Source: a virus (Duplodnaviria > Caudoviricetes). Taken from it: a stretch of 63,040 nucleotides of DNA. A program made the position numbers and the translations under genes. Below the pieces are notes generated by a model, which saw only the letters and a program-made list of their open reading frames with translations, was not told the origin of the DNA and made no database searches. This document shows positions 58,550-63,040 of this stretch, one piece after another (position 1 is the stretch's first letter; every line of letters starts with the position of its first letter). The DNA lies in the IMG/VR virus record IMGVR_UViG_3300031939_000001, positions 1 through 63,040 of that record; one strand, 5' to 3'.

Positions 58550-58900
58550 CGCATTGTCAGGCGGCCGTGAGGCCTGCCGCGCGGCCGTGAGCCTTATCCG
58601 GGCACCGTGCCGCGCGTCAGGCGGCCGTCAGGCGGCCGACGGTCAGGCGGCCGACGGTTGCGCCGGGAGCTGGGGAACGACCGGGCGCCCGGCCCGGTCG
58701 CCCGGCCGTCGTTCCTGGTCGCGCCGGCACAGTTGCGCGCGTGCCATTCTCCCGCGCCCGGAATGGCCAGGGCGGCGGCCGGCGAATGGCACGCGGCGGC
58801 CGAGCCCGGCAGGCCGCGAATGGCGACCGCGGCACGGCCAGGGCGGGCCGGCGGAATGGCCCGACCGGGCGCCCCGGGGCAGGCTGGGCCGGACGGCAGG

Positions 58901-59098
58901 AGTAGCCGACCAAGGGGAAGTGGCCGACCTAGGGCAAGTGGCCGACCTAGGGCAAGTGGCCGACCAAGGGCAAGTGGCCGACCTAGGGCAAGTGGCCGAC
59001 CTAGGGGAAGTGGCCGACCAAGGGGAAGTGGCCGACCTAGGGGAAGTGGCCGACCAAGGGGAAGTGGCCGACCAAGGGGAAGTGGCCGACCTAGGGCC
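58901..59098 (+). repeat. Tandem array, 11 x 18 bp AGTGGCCGACCWAGGGSA
   Basis: Exact 18-bp period; essentially two variable positions. Confidence 0.95.
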
Positions 59099-59429
59099 GA
59101 CGCTCGGCTCGAGGAGCTCGGGCCGCCGGGGGTGTGGCGCCGGCGCAGTGCTCACAGCCGGAGCAACGCTGCTTGTGGGTGCGCAGCCGGTGGCACATGG
59201 TGCAGACGAGGTCGCACTTGCCGCTCTCCTCGAGCAGCCGTGACCACGCGATCGAGCCGCCCACCTTGCTGATCGAGAAGGACTTGTCGGCCGGGTCGCG
59301 ATGGTCGAAGTCGAACATGAACGGCGGCCCGACGTAGCCACAGTCCAGGCACTTACCGCCGTGCGCCTCGACGAGGCGTTCCTTGGTGCGCCGGCGGCGC
59401 TTGGCGACGTCGGCCGCGGTCGAGGACAT
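59091..59429 (-). CDS. HNH endonuclease
   Basis: CLDCG..FDFDHRDP..K...EE.GKCDLVC..CHR.R. Confidence 0.85.
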   Translation of the reverse strand: MSSTAADVAKRRRRTKERLVEAHGGKCLDCGYVGPPFMFDFDHRDPADKSFSISKVGGSIAWSRLLEESGKCDLVCTMCHRLRTHKQRCSGCEHCAGATPPAARAPRAERRP

Positions 59430-59493
59430 CGCCCACCGCCCCCGCCACGTTCCTGGTCGCTCCCAGCAGGGGGTGGTCAAGGCCTACGGCCCG

Positions 59494-59692
59494 CAGTTAT
59501 CGGGGGCAAGGAATCAGGCCTGCGATTATCGGGCGACGCCAGGATTATCGGGCTTCCGGCCGAAGTTATCGGGCCGTCCGGCGGAATATTGGCCGCCCGT
59601 GAAGTTATCGGGCGACGGCCAGGATTATCGGGCCGCCCGGAAGTTATCGGGCCGCCCGGCGGAATATCGGGCCGCGCCGAAGTTATCGGGCC
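59494..59692 (+). repeat. Iteron-like TTATCGGGC repeats, about 10 copies, mostly at 19-21 bp spacing
   Basis: Cores at 59497, 59526, 59545, 59566, 59586 (degenerate), 59605, 59625, 59644, 59664, 59683. Confidence 0.88.
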
Positions 59693-59699
59693 GGAAAGA

Positions 59700-60392
59700 T
59701 CAGCGGCGGCGACGCTTCTTGGCCGCCCGCGCCTTGGCGATATTGGCCCTGGACGCCGCGATCTGCTTGGCCGTCCGGGGCAGTCGGCGGGCGACCGCCT
59801 GCGCCTTCTTGATGCTCGCCCGGGACGCCGCGAGCTGCTTGGCGGATCTCGGTCGGCCCTTCTGCGCGGCGCGCGCCTTGGCCAGGTTCGCCCGGTCGGC
59901 CGCGCGCGCCCTCGCCGACGACGGTCGGGCGGAGCCGTGCCGGTGGCCGCCGGAGCCGCGCGACTGCAGCAGGTTGGCCATGTCGGCGGCGAGCTGCTTG
60001 GCCGTGCGCGCCGAGCGCGCCTCGCGTGCGCGGGCCAGCGCCATGTTGCGGCGCCGCGACTGCAGCGCATTGAGGCCGGTCGAGTGGTGCGGCCTGCGGG
60101 CGACCGCGGCCGAGCGCGCGTGGCGAATGGGCGCGTGGTGCAGCAGGCGGCTGGGCGCCTTGGCGCGGTACCCGCCGGTGCGCTTCCGCCCGGCGGTCTT
60201 CCTGGGGCGGTAGCTGGCGGGAATCCGTCGGTGGGCCCTCGGCATACCGCCGGGGCGCTGAGTGCGGTAGGCGTGCCGCCGTCCGGCGATCCAGCGCCCG
60301 CCGGTGGAGTGGAAGTGGATGACCGAGCGGTGGTGGCCACCGTCGGGGCCGCCGATGTAGACCGAGCTCGACGCGCCGAAGCGGCCGCTCAC
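59700..60392 (-). CDS. Extremely basic Arg/Ala-rich repeat protein
   Basis: Repeated R(T/S)AKQ(L/I)AA..AN(L/I)AKARA; GTGA overlap with the HNH gene. Confidence 0.65.
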   Translation of the reverse strand: MSGRFGASSSVYIGGPDGGHHRSVIHFHSTGGRWIAGRRHAYRTQRPGGMPRAHRRIPASYRPRKTAGRKRTGGYRAKAPSRLLHHAPIRHARSAAVARRPHHSTGLNALQSRRRNMALARAREARSARTAKQLAADMANLLQSRGSGGHRHGSARPSSARARAADRANLAKARAAQKGRPRSAKQLAASRASIKKAQAVARRLPRTAKQIAASRANIAKARAAKKRRRR

Positions 60393-60673
60393 CACTGCCG
60401 GGACCGGATCGGCCGGCGGGGCGCCCTGGCCGCGCGCATCGCGTTGCCCTTCTGGGCGCCGGCGGCGCGGTTGCAGGAGGCGTGCGCCGGGCCGCGATAG
60501 CCGCGCCGGTCGTCATCGTGGTCGAGGTCCCAGGCAGCTCCGGGCGGGATCCGCTGCCCGCACCGGGCGCAGGGCACGACGCCGCGAGCGACGCGCGGCG
60601 CCCACCGCTTGCGCAGGGCCTCGTGCTCGGCGCCGTAGCCGCGCTGCGCGGTGGTCTTCTTGGGTGCGACCAC
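60389..60673 (-). CDS. HNH endonuclease (packaging-associated type)
   Basis: RGYG..H, CARCG..WDLDH..PAHASCN. Confidence 0.85.
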   Translation of the reverse strand: MVAPKKTTAQRGYGAEHEALRKRWAPRVARGVVPCARCGQRIPPGAAWDLDHDDDRRGYRGPAHASCNRAAGAQKGNAMRAARAPRRPIRSRQW

Positions 60674-60693
60674 GACACGCCTCCGAAGGGGTG

Positions 60694-60736
60694 TTGACGT
60701 ATCCGCACCATGCTGTAACGTGGGCGCCGTCAGCAG
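60694..60736 (+). promoter_or_regulatory. Promoter with GTCAGCAG leader
   Basis: TTGACG (60694), TAACGT (60716), GTCAGCAG (60729), CCGAAGGG RBS. Confidence 0.7.
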
Positions 60737-60759
60737 GACCCACCGAAGGGATGCCAGTC

Positions 60760-61680
60760 ATGGCCAGCAGCACCGTCAAGTTCGTCGCCGACACCGTCGG
60801 CGGCTACTCCGTCTACCGCCGCGACGGCGGGGCCTTCCTCGGCCACGTCGGCAAGCGCAGCGAGCACTACAACATCGCCCGGCCGGTGACCGTGACCTAC
60901 TGGTTCGCCGGTGGCGCCGACGGGCGCACCCTCGCCGACGGCGAGGGGGTGTTCCTGCGCTTCTCGACCCGCGCGGAGGCCGCCGGGGCGCTCGTCAAGC
61001 GGTCGGTCGCGGTCGCGGCCGAGACGCCGCGCGACGAGGTCGCCGTCGCCGTTCCGACGCGGAAGATCATCCTGCGCCTGCACATCGAGGGCACCGTGGT
61101 CGAGCAGGAGGAGCACGCCGACGTGGAGTCGGCGCGCGAGCACGTCGCCGCGATGCTGGGGCGCCAGTTGCCGATCGACTTCCCGGACCGGGAGCGACTG
61201 CTCCACCTCGCCACCCAACTGCGCCCGGGCGCCCGGCTGAACCTGCCGGGCGGCGCGTACTTCACGCTGGCCGAGGCCGAGGTGGCCGACGACGACGAGT
61301 CGGGCATCGAGGACGACGAGGCGCTCGACATGGACGAGGTCTGCCGGATCCTGCGCGAGGTCTACCGGGTCGAGAACGCGCACGTCGCGGACACCGGCGG
61401 CGGGTGCATGACGATCTACGCCGGGCCCACCATCGAGGTGCCCGACTACGGCACGCGGTACGCGGTGTGCGCGGGCCCGGGCTTCTTCCAGCAGGGTGAG
61501 CCGTCGCTGGCGTGGACCGAGGAGTTCTGCTGGGGCAACGACGACTGGGACATGACTGGCGCCGTCTACGCCAAGGACGTGTGCGACAAGCCGGGCGACG
61601 CCGAGGAGGTCGCGTGGCGCATGGCCCAGTGGATGGGCGAGACGGGCGCGCACACCGTGAACCGGGAGGGGATCCGATGA
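60760..61680 (+). CDS. Acidic multidomain hypothetical protein
   Basis: Strong codon bias; own promoter; DTGGGCM motif. Confidence 0.72.
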   Translation: MASSTVKFVADTVGGYSVYRRDGGAFLGHVGKRSEHYNIARPVTVTYWFAGGADGRTLADGEGVFLRFSTRAEAAGALVKRSVAVAAETPRDEVAVAVPTRKIILRLHIEGTVVEQEEHADVESAREHVAAMLGRQLPIDFPDRERLLHLATQLRPGARLNLPGGAYFTLAEAEVADDDESGIEDDEALDMDEVCRILREVYRVENAHVADTGGGCMTIYAGPTIEVPDYGTRYAVCAGPGFFQQGEPSLAWTEEFCWGNDDWDMTGAVYAKDVCDKPGDAEEVAWRMAQWMGETGAHTVNREGIR

Positions 61681-61877
61681 CCACCACGTACCTGTCGGCC
61701 ACCGAGGTCGCCACGCTGCTCGGCGTGCAGCGCAACTCGCTGGGCCGCTACAAGCTGCCGGAGCCGGACGCGCTGATCGGCGGGACGCGCGGCTGGCGGA
61801 AGGACACGATCGAGACGTGGAACGCCAACCGGCGCGGGCAGGGCTGGCGGCGCGGGCAGTCGAAGGGCGGCGCGTGA
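61677..61877 (+). CDS. AlpA/excisionase-like HTH protein
   Basis: YLSATEVA.LLGV..LPEPD..RGW...TIETW. Confidence 0.78.
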   Translation: MTTTYLSATEVATLLGVQRNSLGRYKLPEPDALIGGTRGWRKDTIETWNANRRGQGWRRGQSKGGA

Positions 61878-62206
61878 TGGCCGGGGCCTACTGCCGCTAC
61901 TGCGGCCACCGGTGCTTCGTCTACCGGCAGGTCTGGCGCCACGGGCGGCTGGTCTTCTCCGGCCACCTAGCCACCTGCGCCGAGGGCAAGGCGTGGGACC
62001 GCTCGCAGGTCGGCGAGGACGCCGACACGGCGTACAACCCAGCGGACAGGCTCACCACCGGCGAGTGGGTCCGCGACTCGCAGGGGCGGCGCGGCTCCGT
62101 CTACACCGACGAGGCGGGTGGTTTCGTCCGCGTCCTCTACGACGGCGAGGAGGTGGACGTGCTGGTGGACGCCTCCCGGCTACGGCGGGCCCTGCCGCCG
62201 CTCTGA
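61877..62206 (+). CDS. Hypothetical protein (Cys motif plus SH3-like tail)
   Basis: YCRYCGHRCF..HLATC; TGATG overlap. Confidence 0.65.
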   Translation: MAGAYCRYCGHRCFVYRQVWRHGRLVFSGHLATCAEGKAWDRSQVGEDADTAYNPADRLTTGEWVRDSQGRRGSVYTDEAGGFVRVLYDGEEVDVLVDASRLRRALPPL

Positions 62207-62219
62207 TCGCCGATCGCCC

Positions 62220-62256
62220 GGGCGCCCGGTCCTCCCAGTTGGGGGGCCGGGCGCCC
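62220..62256. terminator. Hairpin between convergent genes
   Basis: GGGCGCCCGG..CCGGGCGCCC. Confidence 0.6.
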
Positions 62257-62262
62257 GCGCGT

Positions 62263-62436
62263 CTACGGGCGCAGGCGGGCCAGCCAGAACGCGGTGCAGT
62301 CGGCGCAGGAGGCGAGCCAGCGGGTGTGCCGCAGGCAGCGCCTCGGCGAGCACCGGGGGCACGGCTGGTAGCTGGCGTCCCGGTTGACGCCGGTGACGGC
62401 CAGCACCGAGCCGGTGCCACCGCAGGGCTGGCACAT
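62263..62436 (-). CDS. Small Cys-rich protein
   Basis: CQPCGGTG..CPRC..CADC; GGAGG RBS. Confidence 0.5.
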   Translation of the reverse strand: MCQPCGGTGSVLAVTGVNRDASYQPCPRCSPRRCLRHTRWLASCADCTAFWLARLRP

Positions 62437-62462
62437 CGGGCGCCTCCCGGCATGATCTGCGC

Positions 62463-62765
62463 ATGACGTATGGAGAGCGGGTGTGGCGGGTGCGGCGCAC
62501 CGTCGTGGTCGAGGTGTCGGCCCGGACGGCACTGCTGGCGCTCGACGCGGCGCGCGGCATCGACGACGAGCACTGGGAGTCCGTCGCGTTCCTGGTCGAG
62601 CACGTCGGGCCCGACGTGTCGGCACCGACGGCCGGCGGCCGCGACGACGACTACACCGAGGCGGCGGTCGACCGGGCCGAGGATGCCGACGACGAGGAGG
62701 AGGAGCAGTCGCCGCAGCAGGAGGCGTGGCTGGCCCGCCACCAGGGCGAGCCGATCGCCGACTGA
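62463..62765 (+). CDS. Acidic hypothetical protein
   Basis: GC3-rich ORF. Confidence 0.58.
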   Translation: MTYGERVWRVRRTVVVEVSARTALLALDAARGIDDEHWESVAFLVEHVGPDVSAPTAGGRDDDYTEAAVDRAEDADDEEEEQSPQQEAWLARHQGEPIAD

Positions 62766-62826
62766 TTAGGGGGCTTATCGGCGCGCGGCTTGCGGGCGGC
62801 CAGGCGGGCACGGTTCCGTCGTCGCC

Positions 62827-63006
62827 ATGACGACGAGATCCCGCTTCCAGGATGACCTGCGCGCCGTGGCGTTCGCCTGCCCGGCCTGCTACTCGAAGCC
62901 GGGCGAGCCGTGCACGGCGCCGACCGACGACGGCCAGCGGCCGGTGCACTGGTTGCACCTAGCGCGCACCGACCTGCTCGAGGGTGAGCAGCCGGCGGGG
63001 GGTTGA
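62827..63006 (+). CDS. Small zinc-finger protein (also spans the circular junction, ending at 97)
   Basis: CPACYSKPGEPC..HLAR. Confidence 0.65.
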   Translation: MTTRSRFQDDLRAVAFACPACYSKPGEPCTAPTDDGQRPVHWLHLARTDLLEGEQPAGG

Positions 63007-63040
63007 ACGCCAGTCCGGGGGACCAGGGCTCGCGGACTGG

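Larger units (their letters stand above)
1..63040. mobile_element. Complete actinobacteriophage genome (siphovirus, HK97-type head), probably maintained as a plasmid prophage
   Basis: Full terminase-portal-protease-capsid-tail-tape measure-lysis set, WhiB, very high GC, terminal overlap, ParA/RHH cassette, no integrase recognised. Confidence 0.93.

Noticed and set aside
58554-59341. ORFs translating the 18-bp array as hexapeptide repeats (VADLGE etc.)
   Set aside because: In the VADLGE frame variation is non-synonymous while synonymous sites are fixed; no RBS; frames are open only because of GC content. It is a DNA-level repeat.
58901-59692. Repeat arrays as CRISPR
   Set aside because: Tandem units have no unique spacers, or spacers of only about 10 nt, and no repeat hairpin
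1-63040. Protelomerase, reverse transcriptase/DGR, DNA polymerase, integrase
   Set aside because: No corresponding motifs recognised in any ORF; an HMM search is needed to exclude divergent forms

Overview
This looks like a complete, circularly assembled genome (about 62.9 kb) of a high-GC temperate siphovirus of an actinobacterial host. Bases 1-126 are repeated at 62910-63035. Modules: (i) minus-strand replication/modification arm, 0.3-17.9 kb, with dCMP deaminase, permuted NlpC/P60, WhiB, primase-helicase, two DNA methyltransferases, a Cas4-like exonuclease and a resolvase; (ii) a divergent putative repressor and accessory genes, 18-29 kb; (iii) a ParA + RHH + CTAG-rich centromere cassette, 29.4-31.1 kb, with no integrase seen, suggesting a plasmid prophage; (iv) lysis, tail, head and packaging genes, 33.3-54.9 kb, including tRNA-Trp and a -1 frameshifted tail chaperone; (v) a probable cos end near 55.06 kb followed by a plus-strand gene cassette with repeated promoter/leader units and several DNA repeat arrays. 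The strongest novelty candidate is a cas-less unit at 33110-33280: promoter, type I-E CRISPR repeat, 44-nt spacer, second repeat, terminator. The spacer is a 12-nt cUUCGg hairpin plus 32 nt, which suggests a crRNA mimic or mini-array. Other candidates are a LAGLIDADG domain fused in frame inside a methyltransferase with no intein or intron, a ~600-nt structured non-coding region, and a shared GUCAGCAG transcript leader. All calls come from motif recognition by eye; no database searches were run, and start codons were re-picked from RBS and GTGA/ATGA overlaps.
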